Shown: piece after piece, positions 29,175 to 38,995 of the stretch
How the letters are laid out: each line of letters begins with the position of its first letter
Numbering within the stretch: the stretch's first letter is position 1
Origin: a virus
Virus record (IMG/VR): IMGVR_UViG_3300021420_000001
Location: 1-64,000 of that record
Strand: one strand, 5' to 3'
Length of the DNA stretch: 64,000 bases
Translations under genes and position numbers: made by a program
The notes under the pieces: model-generated
The model's database searches: none
What the model was told of the DNA's origin: nothing
What the model saw: only the letters and a program-made list of their open reading frames with translations

Positions 29175-29849
29175 TTAAGCGCTGACCACCACAGTTGCAG
29201 AAACGCCTGTTGGCTTGGGAAGAACTCCGGACTGCTGTACGATAACAAGCTCGACTGGAGAAAGTGCAAATTTGAACATGTACTGCATCGTCATGTTCTC
29301 ACCGTCCACTACGTAGCAGTTACCGCGTCCGGGGAATAAGTTGAGCAAGAGTTGATTGATGCTTTTGATCGAACCGTCTGAGATATTGGCGAGCGCCTTG
29401 GCAAATATAAGCACCCGAAAGGCGCTATCAGACAAATTGAAGACGTTCGTCGTCTGTGCCCCAGAGTAAAAAGGTTGTTGATTAAATCCAGTAAAGGCGC
29501 CGGCTCCGGCTTCGTTGAAGCCAAAGTAGTTCAAGGTTCCCGTAACAGTAACTTGCCGCACAACTCCAACAATACGTCCCCAGACATCCAGGCCGTAACC
29601 CTGGGCAGAGTCCACATTCCATATGAAGTCATAGAAAGCATCCAAGTTGGCCGTCTGGTCTATGTATTGGAAGAAGTTCGTGATCAGCTGCGTCAGAATA
29701 GGAGCATTGGCGTATTGACTGATGACGGTCTGCCAAATATCAAAAGAAGGAATCGTCCCAATTGGGCTTTGCCCAATGATGAAACTTCCGATGGCGTTTC
29801 CACCGGGAGAAGATCCAGGAGCAAAACGTGGATATGGAGGGCCCGACAC
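29175..29849 (-). CDS. baseplate wedge protein (DUF2612-like)
   Basis: ISQYANAP, AQGYGLDVWGRIVG, LSDSAFR, LPKPTGV. Confidence 0.85.
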   Translation of the reverse strand: MSGPPYPRFAPGSSPGGNAIGSFIIGQSPIGTIPSFDIWQTVISQYANAPILTQLITNFFQYIDQTANLDAFYDFIWNVDSAQGYGLDVWGRIVGVVRQVTVTGTLNYFGFNEAGAGAFTGFNQQPFYSGAQTTNVFNLSDSAFRVLIFAKALANISDGSIKSINQLLLNLFPGRGNCYVVDGENMTMQYMFKFALSPVELVIVQQSGVLPKPTGVSATVVVSA

Positions 29850-29851
29850 AG

Positions 29852-31474
29852 CTACGTCACCGTTACTGTCACATTAGCTGGATTGAACACAGGCTCTTGG
29901 TTAATATTGACGGAAACGATTGAGAGGGTTGCCACTGCCGAAGTGAACTGCTGCCCAATAGTTATAGCCCCACTCACAGTCGTAGCCTGACTTGTGACGT
30001 AGACTCCCGTTCCCCCCGCAGAGCCACTCGTTTGGCTCACAATTGTCGTACCTATAGGAATACCAGACCCAGCAATGATGTTCCCTACCTGGATGATGCC
30101 TGTTAGAGTAGTAACCGTGAGAACTGTCCCGGTACCAGTCGCGACACCCGTACCGCCAACTGTCAGGGGGTTACTGACTGTATACGTTCCGGTCCCACCA
30201 GCGCCCGTCCCAAGAGACGAAATCTGGGTACCTACGGATATATAACCGGAACCATCCGAAAGCGTCTGACCAACTCCAAGAGCACCTGAAGTCAAGGTCG
30301 TGACGGCAAGTGTCGTACCGGAAATACGCCCAATAGCAATTGCGGAGGCGCTGTTATTGGAACCGATTTGCAAGGAACGAATCTGCGCCCAGGAGCCCAG
30401 TGCCTGGATTCCAGGCATGTAGCGCGAAGCCAGAAGCGTAGATCCAATCCGGGCTCTTGTGCCACCATCAGCGCCTGTAAAAGCGGCTGATATTGCTCCT
30501 TGTATCAAGGTAGCTGCATTAGCTGGTACGAGCGGACCGCTGACAATATTGACAGCCCATAGAATTGCCAGATTACTTGGTATCTGGAATGATACCGCGT
30601 AGGAGGGAAGGGGTGGACTGTACCCCGAATTGGTATCGAAGACCGTTACAGTGGTGTTGCCATTATAACCACAGCCCGGAGCTTTCTTGGACCAGATGGC
30701 CTGGGCGACAGTCGCAGCCGAACCACCAACAGTAGCCACATAGAGCGAATTAGGGAGAAGAACAACCCCGCCAACCGTCAACGTGCCGTTGGTCGTGTTC
30801 TCAGTGACATAAGCATCAAGTACGTTAGGAACGTTGAGGACCGCGCCTAGGACAGAAGGAAGTGAGCCAATCGAATTGAGTGCGACAGATTGCTGTCGTC
30901 TTGCCTCAAACTGAGGGCGGGTCTCGGTATTGCGCCCGACAACACCCGAGACCACCGAGACCGAATTCCAACCTGGGATAGCCTGATAGATCGAAACCGC
31001 ATTGGTTGCTGGTACGGACGTAGGTCCAGGAATTGTACAGGCAAACGAGAGAACCGCTGTTCCTGTAATTGGAGAGATCGACCCGGAGCCCGTGCAGGAG
31101 TAAATATTACCGCCTTGATCCTGAATCAAGGCTCCAATGGGAATTGGAACTGCCGCGCCAGAACACTGAATCTGCAAGGTGGTGGGTTGGGAAGGTAGAC
31201 GCTCGATGAAGTAGATGCGTCCAATAGCATCTTGCATTCGCCCAGCTGCGAAAGCCGGATCGACTTGTTGCGTGTAGTACTGGAAGAGCTGATCGACATT
31301 CCCAATGATCGAGGCGAAGCTCGTCGCCATCTGTCCTTGGGGCGTATTGAGCGCAGGGTTGAGGTTACCCCCAAATGCTGCATTCAGATCGGCCTGGACG
31401 CCAGCGAAGATAGCAGCCGACGATGGAATAGTAAATCCAGTCGGGCCGAAGGTCGGCGAGGGCACATTTGTCAT
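29852..31474 (-). CDS. baseplate J/gp47-like protein with two inserted S/T/G domains
   Basis: TPQGQMA, DPAFAAGRMQDAIGRIYF, KKAPGC. Confidence 0.88.
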   Translation of the reverse strand: MTNVPSPTFGPTGFTIPSSAAIFAGVQADLNAAFGGNLNPALNTPQGQMATSFASIIGNVDQLFQYYTQQVDPAFAAGRMQDAIGRIYFIERLPSQPTTLQIQCSGAAVPIPIGALIQDQGGNIYSCTGSGSISPITGTAVLSFACTIPGPTSVPATNAVSIYQAIPGWNSVSVVSGVVGRNTETRPQFEARRQQSVALNSIGSLPSVLGAVLNVPNVLDAYVTENTTNGTLTVGGVVLLPNSLYVATVGGSAATVAQAIWSKKAPGCGYNGNTTVTVFDTNSGYSPPLPSYAVSFQIPSNLAILWAVNIVSGPLVPANAATLIQGAISAAFTGADGGTRARIGSTLLASRYMPGIQALGSWAQIRSLQIGSNNSASAIAIGRISGTTLAVTTLTSGALGVGQTLSDGSGYISVGTQISSLGTGAGGTGTYTVSNPLTVGGTGVATGTGTVLTVTTLTGIIQVGNIIAGSGIPIGTTIVSQTSGSAGGTGVYVTSQATTVSGAITIGQQFTSAVATLSIVSVNINQEPVFNPANVTVTVT

Positions 31475-31487
31475 TCATAGCGCCCTT

Positions 31488-31865
31488 TTACCCAGAACCT
31501 TGCGGATTGATGACCGTAAACGTAGCGGTTGATGTCTGTCCAGCTACAGATGTGACTTCAACCTGACCCGTCAAAAGGCGGTTCGTGATCGAGGCAATTG
31601 TCGTACTCGCTGTAGCAACGTCAGGGACGGTCTCGGCTGCAGCATTAAAGAGTGTCTGCAGGAGCGTAACAGGTGCGCTCTTGCCCAAAACATCCGCAAA
31701 GTAGGGCACACCAAGCGTTTTGTCAAAATAGCATTCGCCTAGAAAGGTCTTGATCGCGGAAGCAGCATCTTGCGCTAGTGAGTAAGGCCCCGATGCGATC
31801 GCGATGTTATTGTTGACATCGAGTACGAGGTCATTCGCAGTGACATCCGTAAGGATTGTTTGCAT
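31488..31865 (-). CDS. baseplate wedge/sheath initiator (gp25/gpW-like)
   Basis: AQDAASAIKTFLGECYFDKTLGVPY; synteny. Confidence 0.75.
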   Translation of the reverse strand: MQTILTDVTANDLVLDVNNNIAIASGPYSLAQDAASAIKTFLGECYFDKTLGVPYFADVLGKSAPVTLLQTLFNAAAETVPDVATASTTIASITNRLLTGQVEVTSVAGQTSTATFTVINPQGSG

Positions 31866-32489
31866 TTACGGCACAGTCACTGGCGTACCATTGACCTGGA
31901 GTGCCCCAGTCACAAAATTGACGGCTCCAGGTAGGGTGATCATTTGATTCCCATTGACATCCGTAAAGGTGATACCAGTCACACTTGTGGTAATTTTATT
32001 GCCGGATGCGTCCACAATCGAGATTCCCGTAGAAGTGATTTGGACGTAAGTCGTCGGAGCCTGATTGAGAATGCCGCCAATATAGATACCGTCAGCGAGA
32101 TCATTGCGGCGGAACGAGCCGGGCGTGACAGGCGTGCTCTGGCCATTTTTGATATTGGTAATGTCTCGGTCTGAACAAACGAGGTAACCTATATCACCAA
32201 CGACTGGATCACAGATAATTGCATTAGCTCCACCCTGTAGCCGAAAGTACTGAACCCCCGAAATAGTGCCATGGGGCTGGGCGTTACCGTTGCCATCGAT
32301 CTGGCTTACAAGAGGCTGGACATCTACTGTCCCAGCTACGGAAACTCCGCCTGTATTGTGGACCGCCGTGACTAACACCACCTTCATGGTGTTCATGCGG
32401 GCCAGCATTTGTCGAATGATAAAAGTGATCTCTCCTAATGGATCCGTTAGATCATAGGGAGACTGTTGGCCGTACCCAAAGTTGCCCAT
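31866..32489 (-). CDS. baseplate central spike (Gp138-like)
   Basis: VDVQPLV, RLQGG...DPVVGDIG...DRDI, RR.DLADG. Confidence 0.85.
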   Translation of the reverse strand: MGNFGYGQQSPYDLTDPLGEITFIIRQMLARMNTMKVVLVTAVHNTGGVSVAGTVDVQPLVSQIDGNGNAQPHGTISGVQYFRLQGGANAIICDPVVGDIGYLVCSDRDITNIKNGQSTPVTPGSFRRNDLADGIYIGGILNQAPTTYVQITSTGISIVDASGNKITTSVTGITFTDVNGNQMITLPGAVNFVTGALQVNGTPVTVP

Positions 32490-33433
32490 CAGATTGTCGG
32501 GACGGCCGTCTTGCCGGCATAGTCTGGATTGAAGCAGGCTAGTGTCGATTCCCACAAGCCGTTGGGAACGAGTGAATCCAGAGCGTGGTCTACACGAAGC
32601 ACTACCCAGGTTCCGGTTGCTTTCGGAAGAGAGCTTTGGATCTGTATTTTCCCACCCAACGCAATCTCGGGATTGTAGATTGTCTTGACTGTAAGCCCAA
32701 CCTGCGAGTACGAAGGGTACCCGATCATTCCAGTGCTCGGAGAAACCAGAGGCACAGAAAGAGTGTTACGTGACCCCCCTCTAGGCCAAATTGCTAGAAC
32801 CTGCTTAGTGTTCACACCTGGAAAGACATCAGCTTCAATTTGCGCATCATCGCGCACCTTCTTCCACTGGTCAGCGTTAGTTCCGGGGAAGTAGGAAGGC
32901 GGTAGCTTGACATTCACGCCATTGTTCTCAAAGCCGTAGCCCATTTGCTGGGCCAGAACGCTCATCACATTGCCAACGTCTACCGGCCCGGTGGAACTGA
33001 ATGGCTTAGCCGGGATGACCTGATAATCAAGCCCGGCAATGCACTCAAACGTAAACGGCACGTCTGGCGCTCTATTGAAGTCTGCAGTCGCCGACCAGAT
33101 CGTGCCGATGAACACAACAGATAAACCGTTAACCGCGTCACCAGCTCGGATCGTAATTGAATTGTGCGCTATAAGACTGAAAACCAAACCAAGTGTGGAT
33201 AATTGATTCATAAGACTTGGGCTTAGACCATAGACTTGCACGGTAGCCGTTGACCCTTTTGGCTGACCCGCGTATTGAATTCGGGCAGAAGTCCGCGAAC
33301 CAGAGATCGTTATCGAGTTGGCATTCGGTTGGTTGGACACGTCGCTAGTAAAGAATGGCGCAGCATTGGTCAATGGTGACTGCGCGAGGGTAACGTCAAG
33401 TTCGATTAGCTTTTGTACAAACGAGTCAGCCAC
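32489..33433 (-). CDS. baseplate hub protein
   Basis: VYGLS, AGD....VFIGTI, GFENNGV, TGMIGYP; synteny. Confidence 0.8.
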   Translation of the reverse strand: MADSFVQKLIELDVTLAQSPLTNAAPFFTSDVSNQPNANSITISGSRTSARIQYAGQPKGSTATVQVYGLSPSLMNQLSTLGLVFSLIAHNSITIRAGDAVNGLSVVFIGTIWSATADFNRAPDVPFTFECIAGLDYQVIPAKPFSSTGPVDVGNVMSVLAQQMGYGFENNGVNVKLPPSYFPGTNADQWKKVRDDAQIEADVFPGVNTKQVLAIWPRGGSRNTLSVPLVSPSTGMIGYPSYSQVGLTVKTIYNPEIALGGKIQIQSSLPKATGTWVVLRVDHALDSLVPNGLWESTLACFNPDYAGKTAVPTI

Positions 33434-33439
33434 TAGGGA

Positions 33440-33754
33440 CTATCCCTGATTTGGAGCAAGATCGGATGCTTTCAAATAAACCAATTGATACCTTGATCCC
33501 AAGCCTTGATAGATTGGATCGTTGCTTCCCTGCAAATCATTGAATACCAAGTCGCCAACAAATCCCAAATACAGCGATCGCACAATTCGATTCAGGTTCT
33601 CACAAAGAACTCCACCGATGATCAAGGTTGAGCTGATATACAAATTGCAGAACAGCCCGAAGGCTGTTTGCGTCAGTTGAATTGTACAGGGCTGGTTCGC
33701 CAGCTGAACCTGCAGGCTCTGGTTCGCCAATGGCTGGATGGGAATGATCATCAT
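33440..33754 (-). CDS. baseplate plug protein
   Basis: IPIQPLANQ...YLGFVGDL.F.D.QG..DP.YQGLGSRYQLVY. Confidence 0.75.
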   Translation of the reverse strand: MMIIPIQPLANQSLQVQLANQPCTIQLTQTAFGLFCNLYISSTLIIGGVLCENLNRIVRSLYLGFVGDLVFNDLQGSNDPIYQGLGSRYQLVYLKASDLAPNQG

Positions 33755-34404
33755 GTGAAAGGAAGACTCGTCGTCTGTCCGGAAGTCAGGAATGGAACGG
33801 GCTGAACATTGCCCAACCCTTGCTGCCCACTATCCGTAGGCGAAAGGGTGTTACTGAAAATGGACGTGGACGTCTCTCGGATTTCCAGGAACCAAATATC
33901 GACGATCAGGACCCCCAGTCCGTTGACGGCGGTACGTTTGAAATCAAAGTGACTAACGTTACAACTCAGAAAAACCTGCTCAGGCGTCACAATGTTAAAG
34001 AGCGATGTTGAGTTCGCAATGCCTTCGACAAGCGTCAGGAGCGAGACCCGATTGGATTCCGCACCGCCGGCCGCGACCCGTACCCGGACATCGAAGGGCA
34101 ACTGAACCTTGTCGTAGCTCTGGAAGCCGCCTTGCTCGACCGGGTAGTTACTGATGCTCCAATCTTGCTTGTATTCAAAATCGATGATGGAGAAATTGCC
34201 AATCGCTCCGCCCGTAAGAAAGGAGCTAAGGGGACTCAAAGCGCTGGCTATGATAGGTATCCCAAACTCGGAATAGATGCCCCAGAGTAGCGGCTGTAAG
34301 CCCTGACTCAGGCTAGAGACAAGACCGATGAGCAACCCTGCACTCGGGATGGGTAAGTAGCTGGAGAGCGAAGGAACGCCAGGAAGGTTGGGGACGTCAG
34401 GCAT
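33751..34404 (-). CDS. distal tail/tube-initiator (Dit-like) protein
   Basis: ISNYPVEQGGFQSYDKV, IVTPE, FLEIR; follows the tape measure gene. Confidence 0.75.
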   Translation of the reverse strand: MPDVPNLPGVPSLSSYLPIPSAGLLIGLVSSLSQGLQPLLWGIYSEFGIPIIASALSPLSSFLTGGAIGNFSIIDFEYKQDWSISNYPVEQGGFQSYDKVQLPFDVRVRVAAGGAESNRVSLLTLVEGIANSTSLFNIVTPEQVFLSCNVSHFDFKRTAVNGLGVLIVDIWFLEIRETSTSIFSNTLSPTDSGQQGLGNVQPVPFLTSGQTTSLPFT

Positions 34405-35630
34405 CAGTAGGCACTATTGACGGAAGAACTACCGAAGGGCGAATTCAAGTAAGGAACCGCTCCAGGCAAACCTCTCGCAAATCCTCCAGCATCGGTCACC
34501 CCAGGCAGGTTCGCGTTGATAGTCCCGACATTGACTGTGCTTACGGTCGAGTTGCGTGTCGTGCGGTTATTGACGCTTGAAGCCGCAGCAGCACCTTTAG
34601 CCCCAGTCAAGGAGCCGCTGGCAATAACGACGCCACCTTCCTCGATACTGTAACCCGTAGCGCCTGATAGGATGCCTATTCCAGTGTCCCCACGAGGAAC
34701 TAACTTCTTTACTGGACCTTGCGGTTCCAACCCAAATACTCGTGACAACCAAGCCGGAGGGGTTCCAAATCGATCATGAACATGTTTTTCTAAGTCAGTC
34801 TCGATCTTCTTGGCTTCAGGGCTTCCAGAAGGGGCAAGCCATTTAGTTAAAAGGGTGGTGAGGCTATTTATGGCAGGAATAAAGTAATTTAACAGTACGC
34901 GAGCGACGTTATTTGCCGCTGTATCGAACAACGTCATGCTTGCGATGAATTCTTCCGAGAAGGTTCCCACTCCATCCCCCGCCGGAGTAACCTTCTCGGC
35001 TGCTGGTAATCGCTTATCAAGTTCCAGCAGCAAGTTGATCATGCGCTCGTTCATGCCTGGGAATTCACGCGCCACCGCGCCAAATTGTGCGCCCGATACT
35101 CCAGGGGTCCGACCATAGCGCGACAGGGCTTCAAGAGCCTTGATCGGCTTGTCATAGTCTTCTGGACGTAGTCCTATCTGCTTAAAGGCGGCCAACAACC
35201 CCGCTGGCGGATTACCTGGGTTACGTAGGAAATCTTGCCAGGTATCGGAAAGTCCACCAATAGCCGCATCAGCATCTTCGGCCGAACCGCCGATGGATTG
35301 CATAGCAATACGCCATTTGGCGATTTCTTGCGAAGAAGCATTGACAGTCCGGGCTAGTCGAGCGGCAGAGGCATCAAGGTGCGTCAGGTGTCCGACTATA
35401 TCCGCGATACCTCTGCCGCCATAGAAAGCTGCGACAAATCCGATAGCCTCGCGTTTAAGCCCAATAAAGAACTCAATGACCTTCTTGCCTTGGGACTCGA
35501 CTTCCTTTCCACCTTTGGTCGCTTCTTCCTCAAGCTTACGGATAGAAGCCATTGCAGACTTCTGCCCCGCAGTAAATTTCGCGGGATCGAGCGCTAACTC
35601 CAGAATGAGGCTGTCGATTACAGTGGGAAT
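34404..35630 (-). CDS. short tape-measure-like protein (probable ATT start)
   Basis: The frame extends upstream of ATG 35552 to (I)PTVIDSLILELALDP, a typical TMP N-terminus, with GGAG 7 nt upstream; lies after the tail chaperones. Confidence 0.7.
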   Translation of the reverse strand: MPTVIDSLILELALDPAKFTAGQKSAMASIRKLEEEATKGGKEVESQGKKVIEFFIGLKREAIGFVAAFYGGRGIADIVGHLTHLDASAARLARTVNASSQEIAKWRIAMQSIGGSAEDADAAIGGLSDTWQDFLRNPGNPPAGLLAAFKQIGLRPEDYDKPIKALEALSRYGRTPGVSGAQFGAVAREFPGMNERMINLLLELDKRLPAAEKVTPAGDGVGTFSEEFIASMTLFDTAANNVARVLLNYFIPAINSLTTLLTKWLAPSGSPEAKKIETDLEKHVHDRFGTPPAWLSRVFGLEPQGPVKKLVPRGDTGIGILSGATGYSIEEGGVVIASGSLTGAKGAAAASSVNNRTTRNSTVSTVNVGTINANLPGVTDAGGFARGLPGAVPYLNSPFGSSSVNSAY

Positions 35631-35632
35631 TG

Positions 35633-36270
35633 TCAGTCTCCGTCGGGCTTGCGCTGACTCAGAATGCGTTGATTGTGGGCATCCACGTTCACGACCTCAA
35701 GAATGTCGTAGAGGTCCTCGATTGAGAGGATTGTCTTACATTCAGCCATTGTCGCTTTACCACCAGAGATCACCGCGCCGACTAACGGTGAAACGTTTAC
35801 GTACTCAAGGAGTTCATTGCTGTCGAAACTTCCGAGATCAACTTCGACAGGCTGTCGGCGAAAGAAAAACCAGTATGCAGCTCCAGCACTTCAGACCGTA
35901 ACCAACCCAACGTAGCAACCTCTTGAATCTCACCTGGGATCAAGGGGCGGGCCGAAGCCATATCTCTCTTGTCAGGAATGGCCTTGACACAGTCCAGCAT
36001 CTCGTCCAGAAGTGGCGAAAGCTCCTCGAACTTGACCGAGGCTCGGAGGAAGACATTCAAGGTCACAATGGCGACCCCGACCATGCCGAGACTCTGGATG
36101 TTGGTTGGAATCTGGGAGTCGGAACCCTTAAGCGCCAGGAAGGCCCGCATGGCCCACTTCTCGGCCTGGGCGGCGGGCATTTCTGTTATGAGAAAGCTCT
36201 TGTTGACGTCACGCCCCCAGGAAGGTTCATTCGGTACGGTTACGATTTTCTGCTTGAACAACGAATCCAC
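35633..36270 (-). CDS. tail assembly chaperone gpG (35797-36270) and -1 frameshifted gpGT extension (stop 35633)
   Basis: gpG ends LHTGFSF...; the -1 frame is open from GGTTTTTC (35871-35864) through EYVNV...EDLYDILEVVNVDAHN. Confidence 0.75.
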
Positions 36271-36279
36271 GGTTACTCC

Positions 36280-36468
36280 TTACGGTTTCAGCTTCGGGTA
36301 CTCTAACTCGGGTTCGTCCACCTTACCCTGTGGCGGGTAATCCATCGGGGTCAGGAACTCGACTCGCTTGATCGTAATCCCATCATCCTGAAATTCAAAG
36401 GCCTTGACAAACGGGCAGTATGTCTGATGTAGGTTACCACACCAACGGCAAGGTTGTGACAATGTCAT
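36280..36468 (-). CDS. small Cys/His hypothetical protein
   Basis: CRWCG..H...CP..KAFEF.DDG.TIKRVEF. Confidence 0.65.
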   Translation of the reverse strand: MTLSQPCRWCGNLHQTYCPFVKAFEFQDDGITIKRVEFLTPMDYPPQGKVDEPELEYPKLKP

Positions 36469-36692
36469 GGGAAGCTCTTGACTCGTGGGCTCGTTTCTTC
36501 CTAAGTCTGATAGGCGGAACGGCTGTAATGATGCTGGCTACAATTTTGCTAATAGCTACAAGGGCTCCATTTATCGGCCATTTAGCAATGACTTTTGGAT
36601 GGCTCGTTTGTTGTGGATTTGCCTGGGCAATTTTGAATTTATTCAAGCTACCTAAGCAGCCTGCGGGAACGAAGACTGCCACCGAATCATGA
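36462..36692 (+). CDS. counter-oriented two-TM membrane protein
   Basis: Two clear hydrophobic helices fill an otherwise empty 184-nt gap; the minus-strand frame reads like an antisense shadow. Confidence 0.45.
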   Translation: MSWEALDSWARFFLSLIGGTAVMMLATILLIATRAPFIGHLAMTFGWLVCCGFAWAILNLFKLPKQPAGTKTATES

Positions 36693-37083
36693 ACTTACGA
36701 GGCTTCAGCGTACGGCCCGCATTCGGCATGACCGGATATGTAATCAAGAATCCATTGGAGAGCGTCCACTTGGTTCCAATAGCGGGAAGTTTGACCTGAC
36801 CAGAAGCTGCGTATTTGGTCTTGTTGGCTTGTTCCTGCGTCCACCATGAATCGAACACCGCATTGGAAGCCGAATCAGCTTGGAGCGTGATACTCCAAGC
36901 CACCGGGACGAAGACGAAGCCTGCTGAAAGAATGCCGTCTACGCCCATGAGGGTCTCACCCGCCTCCAGCGGCTCGACATCAAAGATGTCGTCAGCCGCA
37001 AAGCCTTGGAGCTGGACCGGGGCTAGTAAGACGTTCGGAATTGTCAAAATGACTATGCTATTGGCGGCTGTTATGTTGCCCAT
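36652..37083 (-). CDS. tail tube protein (DUF3277-like)
   Basis: ITAANS, LQGFAADD, MGVDG.LSAG, LQADS; follows the sheath gene. Confidence 0.85.
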   Translation of the reverse strand: MGNITAANSIVILTIPNVLLAPVQLQGFAADDIFDVEPLEAGETLMGVDGILSAGFVFVPVAWSITLQADSASNAVFDSWWTQEQANKTKYAASGQVKLPAIGTKWTLSNGFLITYPVMPNAGRTLKPRKFMIRWQSSFPQAA

Positions 37084-37112
37084 AGGATTCGGGACCTCAA
37101 GTTAGAGGGTTT

Positions 37113-37205
37113 CGACGGCCAGAGACCGTCGTGGACGCGTTTTCGGGGGTTGGGGGCTAGGAAGGGGCGGTCTTCGCGAAAGGACGCGCCAGCGACCTTC
37201 TCAGC
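37113..37205. repeat. intergenic copy B of dispersed element
   Basis: 21/24 identical to 11404-11427; 37184-37205 is 22/22 identical to 21823-21844. Confidence 0.7.
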
Positions 37206-37208
37206 CCG

Positions 37209-38969
37209 TTACTGGACCTCGATAGAAGCCATGTTGATCTGCTGTACCGAGCCGCCGTCAGCATACCATAGAGAAATGGGGGGAGACCCCCTTGCAGCCC
37301 GGACGGCTGGTGATGCTGGGAGAACCTGTAGATACCAGCCCTGGTTGCTGACTGTGCCAGCAACGTTCGCACCAGCCGCCGTATTGATGGCGATGACCTC
37401 GGTCGAGGAAAGGATGACCCCGACCCGGATTGCACCAAAGTTGAGAGCCTGCTGAATTGGGGTGGCAAGCGCCTGTTCGATCAAGGCGTTTCCTGCGGCA
37501 TTGTACGGGATCGAGTTGATCGTGCCCAAGAGATTCATCAAGGCCAACTGGAACTGTGAGTTCATCCAGATCTGATTGACGTAGCTGTCCAACCACAGGA
37601 ACGGTCCCGAAATCGATCCAGGATAGGCGAAGACGAAACCAGCGTTGGCTGTCGCGTAGGCACCATAGAAGTTGTAGCCATTCGCGATCAGATTGGAGGC
37701 AATGGTCTGGTTCGTGACCGTTGCCGTCAGGCCACTGTAGGTGTCGAAGGCGATAGTCGCCCGACCATTGGTCTGGTTGAAATTGAGCTGTGCGATCGAA
37801 CCAGAGACCGCCGCGACCAGGAATTCATTGTTCGGGTCGTACCAGACCGAGGTTCCGGTATAGTTACTGCCGTTGACGCCGACCAGATAACCGAGAGAGG
37901 TCGTAGCCGGAACCGTCGAGGTCGGGCTTGCATCATTATCCCAGGCCAAGTAGGCGTAGCGATTATTCTGGCCGTTAGTCCAGGCCGCAAAGGCGAGTTT
38001 GTTGGTGTTACTACCCGTATTGATGGATCCGACAAGATCCGGATTGAAGGCCGTGAAGAACGTAGCCCAATTCGTCGTGACTTGTATGAGTCCGTTCATG
38101 AAGGCGGCGGGCGTCGTAGCTGCTGCGCCCTGAGACAAGACCGCCCCTGTGACCTGCGTCAATAGCAAGTTGGTAGCAAGAGCCCCAGAACCGAACGTGA
38201 TAGTTGACCCACTCCCGGACGTAGCCGAAACTATCGTAAAGGCTCCGGATACGGAGTCGTAGATGACCCCTGGCGCAAACGCGGTCATACTCGCAGAGAT
38301 TGCGAGCTGTGAGGCGCTAACCTGATAGGTTCCGGTACCGCCAGCTGAACCAGAAAGTTGTGAGATGATATAGGTACCGAGTGTGACGCCCGTACCCTGG
38401 ACAACGTCACCGACGCCGATCGTACCAGAGGAAAGGGATGAAATTGTAAGAGTTGTCCCTGGAGTAAATGCTCCGGTACCGCCGATCGAACCCGTAAAGG
38501 TTGCAGCCTGCGCTCCCTGGATCAGAAGTCCGTTGGCAATAATCTGCGCCGCATTGGAGAAGCTGGTCGCAGCGGCTAGGCTGATCGAAGCCGTCTTGAC
38601 TGATCCATCGATCGAAAGGCCAAGCGTGCCACTATAGCCTTGTAAGGTACCGAGCGTGATCGCCGAGATATTGCCGCCACGTAGATAAGCCGAAGCCGCA
38701 TTGAGAGGGCATTGTGCCATCAACAATGCCGCCGGAACCTGGGTGGCGTTTGCATTACCACTGAAGTAAGCGTTAGCAAGCGCGGTCTTAGCAGCATCTC
38801 CCGCCCCAAAGAAACTGATGACTGCCGCCGCTGACGGGAAGGACTGAACCGTGCCAATTGGAATGCGCGTGCTTTCGGTCAGCGCCAGCCCAATCAGGTT
38901 AAGGCCTGATCCGCCCGCACTGATGACGCTCGGAGTTACCGCAACAATAGCTGAGGCCGGGATTGTCAT
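37209..38969 (-). CDS. contractile tail sheath protein (DUF3383-like)
   Basis: TIPASAIVAVTPSV, NWATF, GYNFYGAYA, WLDSYVNQIW, IPYN..G, WYADGGSVQ. Confidence 0.9.
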   Translation of the reverse strand: MTIPASAIVAVTPSVISAGGSGLNLIGLALTESTRIPIGTVQSFPSAAAVISFFGAGDAAKTALANAYFSGNANATQVPAALLMAQCPLNAASAYLRGGNISAITLGTLQGYSGTLGLSIDGSVKTASISLAAATSFSNAAQIIANGLLIQGAQAATFTGSIGGTGAFTPGTTLTISSLSSGTIGVGDVVQGTGVTLGTYIISQLSGSAGGTGTYQVSASQLAISASMTAFAPGVIYDSVSGAFTIVSATSGSGSTITFGSGALATNLLLTQVTGAVLSQGAAATTPAAFMNGLIQVTTNWATFFTAFNPDLVGSINTGSNTNKLAFAAWTNGQNNRYAYLAWDNDASPTSTVPATTSLGYLVGVNGSNYTGTSVWYDPNNEFLVAAVSGSIAQLNFNQTNGRATIAFDTYSGLTATVTNQTIASNLIANGYNFYGAYATANAGFVFAYPGSISGPFLWLDSYVNQIWMNSQFQLALMNLLGTINSIPYNAAGNALIEQALATPIQQALNFGAIRVGVILSSTEVIAINTAAGANVAGTVSNQGWYLQVLPASPAVRAARGSPPISLWYADGGSVQQINMASIEVQ

Positions 38970-38995
38970 TTTTGGCTATTCCTTGCGTCCGGAGG

